Both the position numbers and the translations under genes were made by a program. The notes under the pieces were generated by a model that saw only the letters and a list, made by a program, of their open reading frames with translations, was not told the origin of the DNA and did no database searches. A stretch of DNA of 64,000 bases from Ranitomeya imitator (taxonomy: Eukaryota): contig NC_091285.1 of NCBI RefSeq assembly GCF_032444005.1, positions 137,826,001 to 137,890,000 on the forward strand. The letters are read 5' to 3'. Below are positions 1 through 11,444 of this stretch, piece after piece; within the stretch, counting starts at the first letter, position 1; each line of letters begins with the position of its first letter.

Positions 1-248
1 CAGTACCCCGAAACAGTGTCTGCAAATTGAGATTCTGGTTTGGCTATTATCCTAAGTCATGTGACAATGCTCGTTAAAGGGTCAACATTGACTGTTCGGA
101 TTGCTACTTCCAATAGGTGGCACTAGAGTTCTAGTTCTCTTCCTCTCTGAAGAGACAATTTGCATATTTCCCAGAGGAGCATTGCGGCTTTAAGTCTCCT
201 CACCTCGACATGCTTATAATGTCACTCTCCGCAAGGAGAAACGATACT
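1..248 (+). mobile_element. Hammerhead-bearing repeat (retrozyme-like family A), cut by the window edge
   Basis: Begins CCCC-GAAA-C-AGT-GTC-TGCAA (6-25), the 3' half of a minimal hammerhead. Shares ATTTGCATATTTCCCA (158-173) with the 350-bp monomer at 29845-29860. The 5' half of the ribozyme is outside the window. Confidence 0.5.
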
Positions 249-1004
249 TCTTGGAACCTTTTCACAAAAAATTTACTTTAGACCCAAACTTTTATTTTCG
301 CAAGGGTATCAGGAGAAAAAGGACCACAAAATTTGTTGTGCAATTTCTCCTGCGTATGCAGATTCCCCTGTATGTGGGGGAAAGCCGCTGTTTGGGTACA
401 TGGGAGGGAGCACCATTTGACTTTAACTCAAAATTGGCTGGAAACGATGGCAAACACCATGTCGTGTTTGGAGACCCCCTCCCCTGATGTGCTTAAACAG
501 TGGAAATCCCCCAGTTGTAACTCCAACCCTAACACACCCCCAACCGTAAACCCAACCCTAGCACCAAAGAATGGAAAAAGATACAATTTTTTTATTTTAT
601 TATTTTTATCTAACTAAGGGGGTGATAAAGGGGTAGGTTGATTTTACTATTTTTTCTTTTTCATTTTGATCACTGTGATAGATCCTATCACCCCATTTCT
701 CTCTCCTCCGATATGCTAGATCATATCAGAGGAGAGAGAAATTCATGGAAAATCTAACTTTTTTGTGTGTGTGAGATAGCCCTTATTTGGTGAATAATGG
801 TGATCACATGACTGGGGACGGTAAAAACCAACCTGAACCATGTTGTCTAGGGTCTCCGCGACCCCTGGTAGCTGAGACCCTAGAAATTTTCCAAGGTAGG
901 GGGGAGCTGTACACTTATTTCTCAGCGCTGTTAAAAAAGTGGCGCTGAGAAATTAGTACCCTAAACTGCTGCCGTTAAAAGGCGTATCGGCGGTTGTTAA
1001 GGGG
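249..1004 (+). mobile_element. Right part of a non-autonomous piggyBac-like element, left end missing
   Basis: Internal sequence is homologous to the 14249, 19314 and 32299 elements, including a degenerate TAACCC tract at about 520-560. Ends AAGGGG followed by TTAA (1005-1008). Confidence 0.6.
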
Positions 1005-1573
1005 TTAAAGAGAATATATATCTATACTGTTATTCTTATGTGTAATTGAGCCCTGGTATATTCAAGGATGCTTCCTTGTACAGATTTTAATTGAATGAAT
1101 AAAATGGTAAGTCCAGCATCTCTGTGTTGCATCTTTGGTTAGTTGGGGTATGTTTGTCAGAGGGGTCTCTGTTTAGGACTTATGACCACCATATGGATAG
1201 CAATATCATGGTCATCCTACTTTGGCTGTTTGTTAATTTATTAACAGGAATGGGACTTTAGCGCATTATTTTCTAGCCCATATCTTTATGACCCCAATTG
1301 TGGTTCAATATCAGCTGCTACCTTTGTGCTTCTTCTTTTCGATTTCTGGGAAATACAGATTTGCTATTGTAAAGTTGATTCATGAAGACCAGCCTGGTTC
1401 GGTAACCCCCATCCCATCAGTCAGAATGAAGAACTGCTCTCATAATTTGGTTTATCAATATGTCACATGGTCAGCCATTGATTGTAATGCTGCCTCTGCA
1501 GTGACCACGTCTGGCAGGAAGATGCCTCTCCAGGTTGATCACTGAAGAATAGAAAACTTGGCTTCCATTTTAT

Positions 1574-1774
1574 AGGGGTCTTCTGTGACAATAATAGGAG
1601 TTGAGCTGCAATTTTTGCCAATGGCCACCATGTTATGCAGTCCTTCTCTGTACTCTGCTTACATCTGCCCTACGTTGGTGCTGGTAACAGGTGAGCGTGC
1701 TGGGTGTCTGGCATAGGTCTATCGGATATCGGTGACCTATCCTAAAGACAGAATCAGAGTAGTGAAGACACCCT
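1574..1774. mobile_element. Small T2/Kolobok-type MITE
   Basis: Ends AGGGGTCTTC...GAAGACACCCT. Shares the TTAA at 1775-1778 with the next MITE. Confidence 0.45.
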
Positions 1775-1778
1775 TTAA

Positions 1779-2097
1779 AGGGACACTGTCACCTGAATTT
1801 GGAGGGAACAATCTTCAGCCATGGAGGCGGGGTTTTTGTGTGTTTGATTCACCCTTTCCTTACCCACTGGCTGCATGCTGGCTGCAATATTGGATTGAAG
1901 TTCATTCTCTGTCCTCCGTAGTACATGCCTGCGCAAGGCAAGATTACACCTTGTGCAGGCATGTACTACAGAGGACAGAGAATGAACTTCAATCCAATAT
2001 TGCAGCCAGCGGGTAAGGAAAGGGTGAATCAAACACACAAAAACCCCGCCTCCATGGCTGAAGATTGTTCCCTCCAAATTCAGGTGACAGTGTCCCT
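1779..2097. mobile_element. T2/Kolobok-type MITE (AGGGACACTGTCACCTGAA family)
   Basis: TTAA on both sides, AGG...CCT termini and a near-complete long hairpin. Same family at 16369 and 38549. Confidence 0.85.
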
Positions 2098-2458
2098 TTA
2101 ACTCTTTCTAATCTATCCTGACATTTTCGACATCTTTGTTTTTCTCCTGTAATATGTAACAGATATGCTCGCAAATCTAGATGAAAAATGTACAATAGCA
2201 CTCATATCTTAGACCATGGACCTCGACTGTACTTTTTTATGCCTCCGAGACACACTGGTATATTTCCTACCAGGAGATATTGCTATTGTGTGGCAGGTGA
2301 CGAAAAAATGGCTAAAAGTGTTAAGATATGGCATGATCTGGGAAAAGGAGGTGCAGTGAGAAAGTGTCGGGATGGAAAGACCTCCTATATGAGCAGAGTG
2401 AGGTACAGTGAGAGAGCGTCAAGATCCTAGTGGGAGTAGGGTGAAGTGAGAGACTGAA

Positions 2459-3161
2459 GGTACCGTCACATTAAGTGACGCTGCAGCGATATAGACAACG
2501 ATGCCGATCGCTGCAGCGTCGCTGGAGAGCTGTCAGACAGACAGCTCTCCAGCGACCAACTATGCAAAGTCCCCGGGTAACCAGGGTAAACATCGGGTTA
2601 CTAAGCGCAGGGCCGCGCTTAGTAACCCGATGTTTACCCTGGTTACCTAAAAAAAAAACACTACATACTTACTTACATTCCGGTGTCTGTCGCGCCCCTC
2701 GCAGTCAGCTTCCCGCACTGACTGTGAGCGCCGGCCGTAAAGCACAGCGGTGACGTCACCGCTGTGCTCTGTTTTACGGCCGGCCGGCGCTCACAGTCAG
2801 TGCGGGAAGTTGACTGCGAGGGACGCGACAGACACCGGAATGTAAGTATGTAGTGTGGTTTTTTTAGGTAACCAGGGTAAACATCGGGTTACTAAGCGCG
2901 GCCCTGCGCTTAGTAACCTGATTTTTACCCTGGTTACCAGTGAAGACATCGCTGGATTGGCGTCACACACGCCGATTCAGCGATGTCAGCGGGTGATCCA
3001 GCGACTAAATAAAGTTCTGGCCTTCTAGCTCCGACCAGTGATCTCACAGCAGGATCCTGATCGCTGCTGCGTGTCAAACACAACGGTATTGCTATCCAGG
3101 ACGTTGCATCGTCACGGATCGCTATCGTTCTCGTTCTAAAGTTGCTCAGTGTGAAGGTACC
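2459..3161. mobile_element. Palindromic MITE (GGTACC.TCAC termini, probably PIF/Harbinger-type)
   Basis: GGTACCGTCAC...GTGAAGGTACC termini with extensive internal inverted repeats. Confidence 0.7.
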
Positions 3162-3165
3162 GTAA

Positions 3166-3473
3166 GGGTATGTGCACATGCTGCGGATTTTTCCGAACTG
3201 ATTTTGTTAATTTCACAGGAAATCCACACTGCAGATTTACTGCAGAATTACCGAGGTCTTTGTGCAGATTCCTATTATGGAGCAGGTGTAAACTGCTGTG
3301 GAATCCGCACAAAGAATTGACATGCTGCGGAATAAACAATGCAGCGTTTCCGTGCGTTTTTTTCCGCAGCATGTGCACTGCGGATTTTGTTTTCCATAGG
3401 ATTACATGGTTCTGTAAACTCATGGAAAACAGCTGCAGATCCGCAGCAAAATCCGCAGTGTGTGCACATACCC
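3166..3473. mobile_element. Harbinger-type MITE (GGGTATGTGCACA family)
   Basis: GGGTATGTGCACA...TGTGCACATACCC termini flanked by TAA/TTA. Confidence 0.8.
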
Positions 3474-3869
3474 TTAGGCTGGAAGATCATCCCATAGGTG
3501 AGGAGCAAGATGCAGTGAGGAAGGGTAAGGATGGAAAGAAAGACATATCCTATGGGGGTGCAATGAGACTGTCAGGATTGAAGGACATTATTTCAAGATG
3601 AGGGAAGAGCTGATGCACCAGGGAAGTGTCAAGTGCGTGAAGGATGAGTGTGCCATGAGGAAGTGTCAAGATAAAGGAACATCTTCTATAAGAGGAGGGG
3701 GACGGTGTGGGAAATAGCAGGACAGAACACCTCCTACATGAGTGGACAGTACCAGGTAGAAGAACATTCTAGAAGAGGGTAGAGGGGTGCAGCGGGAAGG
3801 TATCGGTAAAAGGACATCCTAAATTAGAGAAGGAACGCAGTGGTAAAGTATCAGCATAGAAGGACATCT

Positions 3870-5660
3870 ATGCACAATTATTAGACAGGTGAGTATACTG
3901 ACCATCTCATCATTTTCATCTACAAGCTGTGTATACGTGAATAATTATTGGATGAAGCAGATCAGTGGATGAGTTGTGTAATGAGGGAGGGTGAGGCCTA
4001 AAGATATCAACATCCTTTATCAAGGGGTGCAGAATTATTAGCCACCTTGTTTGATGCAGGCAAAATGGGCCACAAAAAAAAATTAGCTGACTCTGAAAAG
4101 TAAAAAAAAATTGTTCCAAGTCTTGCCGAGGGATGCAGTACTCCTGAGACTAAGATATTGGGGCATGATCACAGAACCATCCAAAGTCGCAAAAAAAACC
4201 CCAAGATATTTGAGAAGAATGAAGCGTGAAGCCACCAGAAAGCCATTATATTCCAGTGCTGCCATATTCCAGAGCTGCAGCTTCCCTGAAGTGTCCAGAG
4301 GTACAAGGTGTTCAGAGACACGGCCAAGGTGAGGGAGGCTGAGCCCGACCACCACTGAGCAAGACGCAGAAGTTGGAACGTAGTGATGAGCGAGCATGCT
4401 CGAGTGATAATAGTGTCTTGGGCGTGTTCTGATCCCCCAGCATGCTCGAGTGCTAATAGTAACACTTATCCGAGGATGCTCACACATCACTACATGTAAC
4501 ATCACATCCTCTCTGACCAAGAAATATCTGCTAACAGATTTATCATAGGTTTTATGGGCTCATGAGATGAGTGACTCATGAAGGACCATATGGATGGATC
4601 AGTAATGGGCACAGAGCTCCACTTCACCTCAGATACCAGCAAGGTGGAGGTGAGGTACTTTTCAGATTGAGGATCAACTCAAAATCAACTCCCAAACCTA
4701 CTGACAGTTAGAAGACACTTTCTTCAAGCAGTGGTATAAGATAACATCTGCATCTTTCAAGAAAACCGATTTTTTTTTTTTTGCAGGACATGCTCCATCA
4801 TGTGCATCGAAGTGTTCACTGCCTGGCTAGCCAATAAAGGCCTTAATGATGACGGAATAATGACATGGCCACTTCCTCACCTGCACTAAAGCCTATTGGA
4901 AAATGAGGGCCCTTCTGAAATAAGAGATTGCCAGTGAAGGAGAACAGTCACCTCTCCACACAGTGTTTGGTCAATGAGGTCGCCTCTCCGCACAGTGTTT
5001 GGTCGGTTGTGGTCGGTGCAGTTTTCTCTCTGCACAGTGTTTGGTCCGTTGTGGTCAGTGCAGTCGCCTCTCCGCACAGTGTTTGGTTGGTTGTGGTCGG
5101 TGCAGTCACCTCTCCGCACAGTGTTTGGTCGGTTGTAGTCGGTGCAGTCGCCTCTCCGCACAGTGTTTGGTTGGTTGTGGTCAGTGCAGTCGCCTCTCCG
5201 CACAGTGTTTGGTTGGTTGTGGTCGGTGCGGTCGCCTCTCTGCACAGTGCTTGGTCGGTTGTGGTCGGTGCAGTTTTCTCTCCGCACAGTGTTTGGTCGG
5301 TTGTGGTCGGTGCAGTGTTCTCTCCGCACAGTGTTTGGTCGGCTATGGTCGGTGCAGTTTTCTCTCTGCAAAGTGTTTGGTCCGTTGTGGTCAGTGCAGT
5401 CGCCTCTCCACACAGTGTTTGGTCGGTTGTGGTCGGTGCAGTCACCTCTCCGCACAGTGTTTGGTCGGTTGTGGTCGGTGCAGTCACCTCTCCGCACAGT
5501 GTTTGGTTGCTTGTGGTCGGTGAGGTCGTCTCTCCGCACAGTGTTTGGTCGATTGTGGTCGTTGCTCACCAAATAGTGGATTGTCAAGAAACTGACAGAC
5601 TCCATAGATGTTAGGATAATGATGGTCATTGCAAAGAATAGATTGGTTCAAAAATGAAGT
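3870..5660 (+). mobile_element. Heavily decayed Tc1-like transposon, interrupted by a small MITE (about 4381-4500) and a 42-bp minisatellite
   Basis: Broken frames resemble Tc1 transposase: N-terminal MGHKKKLADSEK, a degenerate QDNAP.H and WP..SP region near 4780-4910, and C-terminal KKLTDS at about 5586. Confidence 0.55.
4950..5560. repeat. 42-bp minisatellite, about 14 copies
   Basis: Unit CAGTGTTTGGTCGGTTGTGGTCGGTGCAGTCGCCTCTCCGCA. The ORF track shows a 14-aa periodicity in several frames. Confidence 0.95.
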
Positions 5661-6250
5661 CCCAAAAACACAATTAAGATGCTACACTCCAAAAATAGTT
5701 AGAACCCACATTACCCAAAGTAACAGTATAATACCATCTAGGGCTATATCACAAATATATACCCAGGCATTCAGTTATAGTCTCATTAATAAAAATGGTT
5801 CATAAAAAAGTTCTGAAATTTTATATTGTCGCTGGAATCTCTTTATATCCCTAAATGGTATTATACTGTTACTTTAGGTAATGTGGGTTCTAAAGAATAG
5901 AATGGAAACGAAAACTTTTTGGGAAATGTCATAAATATATTTTGTACATTTCGAGTATTTTGGGTATTATTTTCCCTTTACCCAATGAAAATAAACAACT
6001 GAGATGGGAAAATGTCATTTAGTTCCACAATAATTCTGCGCACTATTCATTGCCCAATAATTCTGCACACAGAGATCTTCTCCTAAGAAACACAAAATCT
6101 CACTTTTACTTTCTGTTCAGGTTTCTTAACCGTTTGGACAGACAGCACTGTAGAAGTTTAATAGTAAAATTAACACTCAAAAATACACATTGCCTGATAA
6201 TTCTGCAAGTGAAGGGTCAGGACATTGAGGGAAGGGTTCGTGCAGTGGGT

Positions 6251-8236
6251 AAGTGACAGCTCCGGGCAGGATCAGTCTCCTGTGGGGAAGTAGTGACCAT
6301 TCCGGGCAGGATCAGTCTCCTGTGGGGCAGTGGGTAAGTGGTGACGGCTCCGGGCAGGATCAGTCTCCTGTGGGGCAGTGGGTAAGTGGTGACGGCTCCG
6401 GGCAGGATCAGTCTCCTGTGGGGCAGTGGGTAAGTGGTGACGGCTCCGGGCAGGATCAGTCTCCTGTGGGGCAGTGGGTAAGTGGTGACTGCTCCGGGCA
6501 GGATCAGTCTCCTGTGGGGCAGTGGGTAAGTGGTGACGGCTCCGGGCAGGATCAGTCTCCTGTGGGGCAGTGGGTAAGTAGTGACCATTCCGGGCAGGAT
6601 CAGTCTCCTGTGGGGCAGTGGGTAAGCGGTGACAGCTCTGGGCAGGATCAGTCTCCTGTGGGGCAGTGGGTAAGCGGTGACGGCTCCGGGCAGGATCAGT
6701 CTCCTGTGGGGCAGTGGATAAGTAGTGACAGCTCCGGGCAGGATCAGTCTCCTGTGGGGCAGTGGGTGACAGCTCCGGGCAGGATCAGTCTCCTGTGGGG
6801 CAGTGGGTAAGTGGTGATGGCTCTGGGCAGGATCGGGCTCCTGTGGGGCAGTGGGTAAGTGGTGACGGCTCCGGGCAGGATCAGTCTCCTGTGGGGCAGT
6901 GGGTAAGTGACAGCTCCGGGCAGGATCAGTCTCCTGTGGGGCAGTGGGTGACAGCTCCGGGCAGGATCAGTCTCCTGTGGGGCAGTGGGTAAGTGGTGAT
7001 GGCTCCGGGCAGGATCAGTCTCCTGTGGGGCAGTGGGTGACAGCTCCGGGCAGGATCAGTCTCCTGTGGGGCAGTGGGTAAGTGACAGTTCCGGGCAGGA
7101 TCAGTCTCCTGTGGGGCAGTGGGTAAGTGACAGTTCCGGGCAGGATCAGTCTCCTGTGGGGCAGTGGGTGACAGCTCCGGGCAGGATCAGTCTCCTGTGG
7201 GGCAGTGGGTGACAGCTCCGGGCAGGATCAGTCTCCTGTGGGGCAGTGGGTAAGTGGTGATGGCTCCGGGCAGGATCGGGCTCCTGTGGGGCAGTGGGTA
7301 AGTGGTGACAGCTCCGGGCAGGATCAGTCTCCTGTGGGGCAGTGGGTAAGTAGTGACAGTTCCGGGCAGGATCAGTCTCCTGTGGGGCAGTGGGTAAGTA
7401 GTGACAGTTCCGGGCAGGATCAGTCTCCTGTGGGGCAGTGGGTAAGTAGTGACAGTTCCGGGCAGGATCAGTCTCCTGTGGGGCAGTGGGTAAGTGACAG
7501 TTCCGGGCAGGATCAGTCTCCTGTGGGGCAGTGGGTAAGTGACAGTTCCGGGCAGGATCAGTCTCCTGTGGGGCAGTGGGTAAGTGACGGCTCCGGGCAG
7601 GATCAGTCTCCTGTGGGGCAGTGAGTGACGGCTCCGGGCAGGATCAGTCTCCTGTGGGGCAGTGGGTAAGTGACAGCTCCGGGCAGGATCAGTCTCCTGT
7701 GGGGCAGTGGGTGACAGCTCCGGGCAGGATCAGTCTCCTGTGGGGCAGTGAGTGACGGCTCCGGGCAGGATCAGTCTCCTGTGGGGCAGTGGGTGACGGC
7801 TCCGGGCAGGATCAGTCTCCTGTGGGGCAGTGGGTGACGGCTCCGGGCAGGATCAGTCTCCTGTGGGGCAGTGGGTAAGCGGTGACGGCACCGGGCAGGA
7901 TCAGTCTCCTGTGGGGCAGTGGGTAAGCGGTGACGGCACCGGGCAGGATCAGTCTCCTGTGGGGCAGTGGGTAAGCGGTGACGGCACCGGGCAGGATCAG
8001 TCTCCTGTGGGGCAGTGAGTGACGGCTCCGGGCAGGATCAGTCTCCTGTGGGGCAGTGGGTGACGGCTCCGGGCAGGATCAGTCTCCTGTGGGGCAGTGG
8101 GTGACGGCTCCGGGCAGGATCAGTCTCCTGTGGGGCAGTGGGTAAGCGGTGACGGCACCGGGCAGGATCAGTCTCCTGTGGGGCAGTGGGTAAGCGGTGA
8201 CGGCACCGGGCAGGATCAGTCTCCTGTGGGGCAGTG
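6251..8236. repeat. G-rich minisatellite in RAB24 intron 1, about 44 units of 41, 45 or 48 bp
   Basis: Invariant core GGGCAGGATCAGTCTCCTGTGGGGCAGTG with a variable linker. Confidence 0.97.
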
Positions 8237-8278
8237 CCAGGCGCTGAGCCCAGGTCCTGACCCTGTGATGGCACTTAC

Positions 8279-8395
8279 GTTCTGGTAGGGTCCGTGCAGG
8301 AAGCGGTGATGGACGTATCTCTCCACCAGGCTGGTCTTCCCCACCGACTCCTTCCCCAGCATCACCACCTTGGCATCAATCCTCTGGCCGCTCAT
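8279..8395 (-). CDS. RAB24: Rab24 small GTPase, coding exon 1 (39 codons)
   Basis: [39 protein letters not shown] matches the recalled RAB24 N-terminus with its P-loop. GTAAGT donor at 8278. Later exons were not found in the window. Confidence 0.95.
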
Positions 8396-9130
8396 GTTGT
8401 GATACGGGAGCCCGCGGCGCTCATCTGCCACACAGCAGTCACTAGCGAGGGCCGGGCATCCAGGAGCGCTCCGGTATGGGGACGACAGGCAGAGACGTAG
8501 TCAGAGCGCTGCAGCGTCCCCCAGGGTGCAGGCCGGGCACTACAGCCGCTCTCTGCGCAGCACCGGATCCTAGGACATGTTGTCTGTTGTTGTCCAAGGG
8601 CCCTGCTTGTCACTGAGCCACAATGCCCCGCCTCCTGCCCACAGCCACGCCCACCGCCTCACTGCTCTACGCCCTGTAGCCAACCGCAGCACCGCCCACT
8701 CCCGGCTAGGCTCCGCCCAGTATCCTTGTTTCCGGAATTTGCAGCGTCCGGCACGTGACGTGTGAACTTTCCCTTACTTTACTGCCGGAAGTTCGCGGCG
8801 TCCTGCTGCTCCCTCATGGCGACCGATAGGAGCTGAGACCTCGCATGGGGCGGGTAAGGAGAGGGCGCGGGGTGGTCGGGAGACGGGCTGGTGAGGGGTC
8901 CGGAACGGGCGCGGCTCTGTGCAGTCAGTGCCCTCTACGGCGTGACCGGGTGTCTGAGCCCCGAGCCTCTGAGTAGCCATGTAATGGCTGATAACAGGGA
9001 GTAACAGCACCTGTACACGGAGGGCGTATACAAGGGAGTTTTAGGTTACGTGCCCACTATCCAGCATGGCCCACTATGTGTGCCCGGACGCCTGCGGCTT
9101 CCCTGCGGAGCCGGACATGTGGCGCGTCTT
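8380..9130. promoter_or_regulatory. CpG island and bidirectional promoter of RAB24 and PRELID1
   Basis: High CpG density between divergent genes. GC box at 8709-8718, ETS sites TTCCGGAA (8730-8737) and CCGGAAGT (8785-8792), E-box CACGTG (8752-8757). Confidence 0.85.
8790..8853 (+). other. PRELID1: Putative non-coding first exon of PRELID1
   Basis: CGG|GTAAGG donor at 8854 and a candidate acceptor TTTCTCCAG|G at 10665/10666. Start position is approximate. Confidence 0.5.
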
Positions 9131-9934
9131 TCCAGACCGCAGTATGTCTATTTATTTAAAACCTACAAGAGAAAAAAGTAAACGAAAACCCTGATGTAAC
9201 CAAGCAAAAAAGCAAAAGTGCATCCAAATAACACAGTCTTTAGTAATACTGTTATTCCAATCAGTCACCTTGACGAGGTGGGATGGCTTTTGTGCTATTT
9301 TTTTTTATCACAAACCAGTATTACTAAAGACTGTGTGTTACTTGGATGCACTTTTGCTTTTTTGTTTGATTACATCAGGGTTTTCGTTTACTTTTTTCTC
9401 TGGTAGGTTTTAATGTTTTGTGGCCAATGTGAACATGCGTTTAACCTCTGCATGTATACCTACTCAAGTTTTTGTCTATTTATCTGACACGCAATCCTCC
9501 ACGAGATAAATGTCCCCGTACAATGTATAGGATGAACACATGCGGAATCACCACGCGTACAATATCCGGCAGCGCTTTGCACGGAGGGGACATGTCTTGT
9601 GCCAAAGTCCTGCTAGTTCTGGATAATGGGCACCCGGCCTTAAAGAGGATCCCCTGTAACCTATACAGCTAGCCATGAAATCAGAGCTGCGGCATAGGCC
9701 TGTGTTCACACGGAGGATTTTCAGGAGGTTTGTGGAGAGGGCCCTTTCCAAAATCCACCTCCAAAGCTCCTGAAAACTGTTTCCAATATATTTGTTTACT
9801 GATGCAATTTCTGCTTGAAATTTGTGATTTGTGGGGTCCTCTGCAGGCGATCTCCTGTGACATCTGCCCCATCCCTGCTGCCCTCTCTCAGTACGACCCA
9901 TGGATGACACAGCGTTACCACTGCTGGAGCCTAA

Positions 9935-10264
9935 GGCTATGTGCACACGTTGCAGATTTTGCTGCGGATTCGCAGCTGTTTGCCATGAGTTTACAGAACC
10001 ACGTAAACCTATGGGAAACAAAATCCGCAGTGCACATGCTGTGGAAAAAAAACGCACGAAACGCTGCATTGTTTATTCCACAGCATGTTTGTCCTTTGTG
10101 TGGATTCCACAGCGGTTTACACCTGCTCCATAATAGGAATCCGCAGGTGGAATCCACGCCACGGTAAATCCGCAGGTGGAATCCAACAGTGCTTTTTACC
10201 TGCAGATTTCTCAAAACAGGTGTGGAAAAGTCTGCAGAGGTTCCATCTACGTGTGCACATACCC
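9935..10264. mobile_element. Harbinger-type MITE
   Basis: GGCTATGTGCACACG...GTGTGCACATACCC termini with TAA flanks. Confidence 0.8.
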
Positions 10265-10267
10265 TAA

Positions 10268-10582
10268 GGGTATGTGTCCACGTTCAGGATTGCATCAGGA
10301 TTTGGTCAGGATTTTATGCCGGTAAAATCCTGACCAAATCTGCACCTGAGGTCACTGGCAGGTCACCTGCGTTGTCCTTGCGTTTTTTCAGCAATGTAAG
10401 GACACGCTGTGTTCTTAAAGGACGCACCACATGTCCGTTTCCACGGGTCTGCCGCATGCATCTTTTAAAGCATAGTGGAGACAGGATTTCATTAAATCCC
10501 CTCCACTATGCTGTAACATCTGGACGCTGCGTGTTTGACGCTGCGGCTCAACGCAGCGTTTCCTGAACGTGGAAACATACCC
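10268..10582. mobile_element. Harbinger-type MITE sharing a TAA with the previous one
   Basis: GGGTATGTGTCCACGTTCAGGA...TCCTGAACGTGGAAACATACCC termini with TAA flanks. Confidence 0.8.
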
Positions 10583-10742
10583 TAATACGTCTCCTGTCTT
10601 TTTGTGCGCAGTCCCATTATTAGGACGCACGCCAGTGTCACACTGGACTCGGACGGTTTCTCCAGGTGACCTCCTCTTCACTGCCACTCTCTGATGGTTT
10701 CCTGAGCCCGTCGTGCTTGGTGCAGTGATTCTCCTGGGAACA

Positions 10743-10834
10743 ATGGTGAAGTATTTTCTAGGCTTGAATGAGCTGCGTAGCTCATGGGACCAAGTGTTCA
10801 CCGCTTTTTGGCAGCGTTATCCAAACCCCTACAG
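10743..10834 (+). CDS. PRELID1: PRELI domain-containing protein 1, coding exon 1 (92 bp)
   Basis: MVKYFLGLNELRSSWDQVFTAFWQRYPNPY, followed by a GTAAGA donor. Confidence 0.97.
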
Positions 10835-11139
10835 GTAAGACTGGACTAATGGGTTAACGGAATGTTTGTGTATCAACACCTGCAAAACAAGTCACCGCCG
10901 CTGACTAACGGACGCCGTGGGGAGACTCCTGGGTGTCTGTGCTTTGTCGTCGCTATGACGTGATAGCTGTGAGCCATATTTAATCCAAATTCTTAGTCAA
11001 TTGGTATAAAAAAAAACCCCACGTTATATAAAAGTTGTGTGTGCTAAAAACTAATTCCAGGGTCAATTGCCGCTACTGACTTCCTATGTGATTGAAATAC
11101 ATAAAATATCTGAATGTCGATTTTCTTCTGGAAACCCAG

Positions 11140-11365
11140 CAAACATGTCCTGACCGAAGACATTCTGTACCGTGAGGTAACCACTGACCACAAGCTACTG
11201 ACCAGAAGACTGTTAACCAAGACCAACCGCCTGCCAAGGTGGGCAGAGCGCTTCTTCCCTGCCAACGTGGCACATGCTGTGTACGTCTTAGAAGACTCCA
11301 TAATTGATGTCCACAAGAAGACCCTGACCACGTACACGTGGAACATAAACCACAGCACTGTCATG
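11140..11365 (+). CDS. PRELID1: PRELID1 coding exon 2 (226 bp)
   Basis: SKHVLTEDILYREVTTDHKLLTRRLLTKTNRLPRWAERFFPAN...TYTWNINHSTVM, with CAG and GT boundaries. Confidence 0.97.
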
Positions 11366-11444
11366 GTAGGAGACCCAATGTGGAAGAATAGTTTGTAAAG
11401 TTTATTATGTATATTGTTAGTTCTTTACCTCTCTTTCCTTGCAG

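Noticed and set aside
6251-8236. Regular repeat arrays (also 4950, 45541, 54565 and 57325) as CRISPR arrays
   Set aside because: They have no unique spacers, show no cas genes and lie in or near vertebrate genes. They are minisatellites.
1-8278. RAB24 coding exon 2 and later exons
   Set aside because: I searched the - strand by eye for TIGAAFVAK and downstream motifs and did not find them. They presumably lie left of the window.
4886-8288. Long repetitive ORFs ([29 protein letters not shown] types, also at 54378-56362) as proteins
   Set aside because: They are open only because the units lack stops, are open in several frames at once, and lie within introns of real genes.
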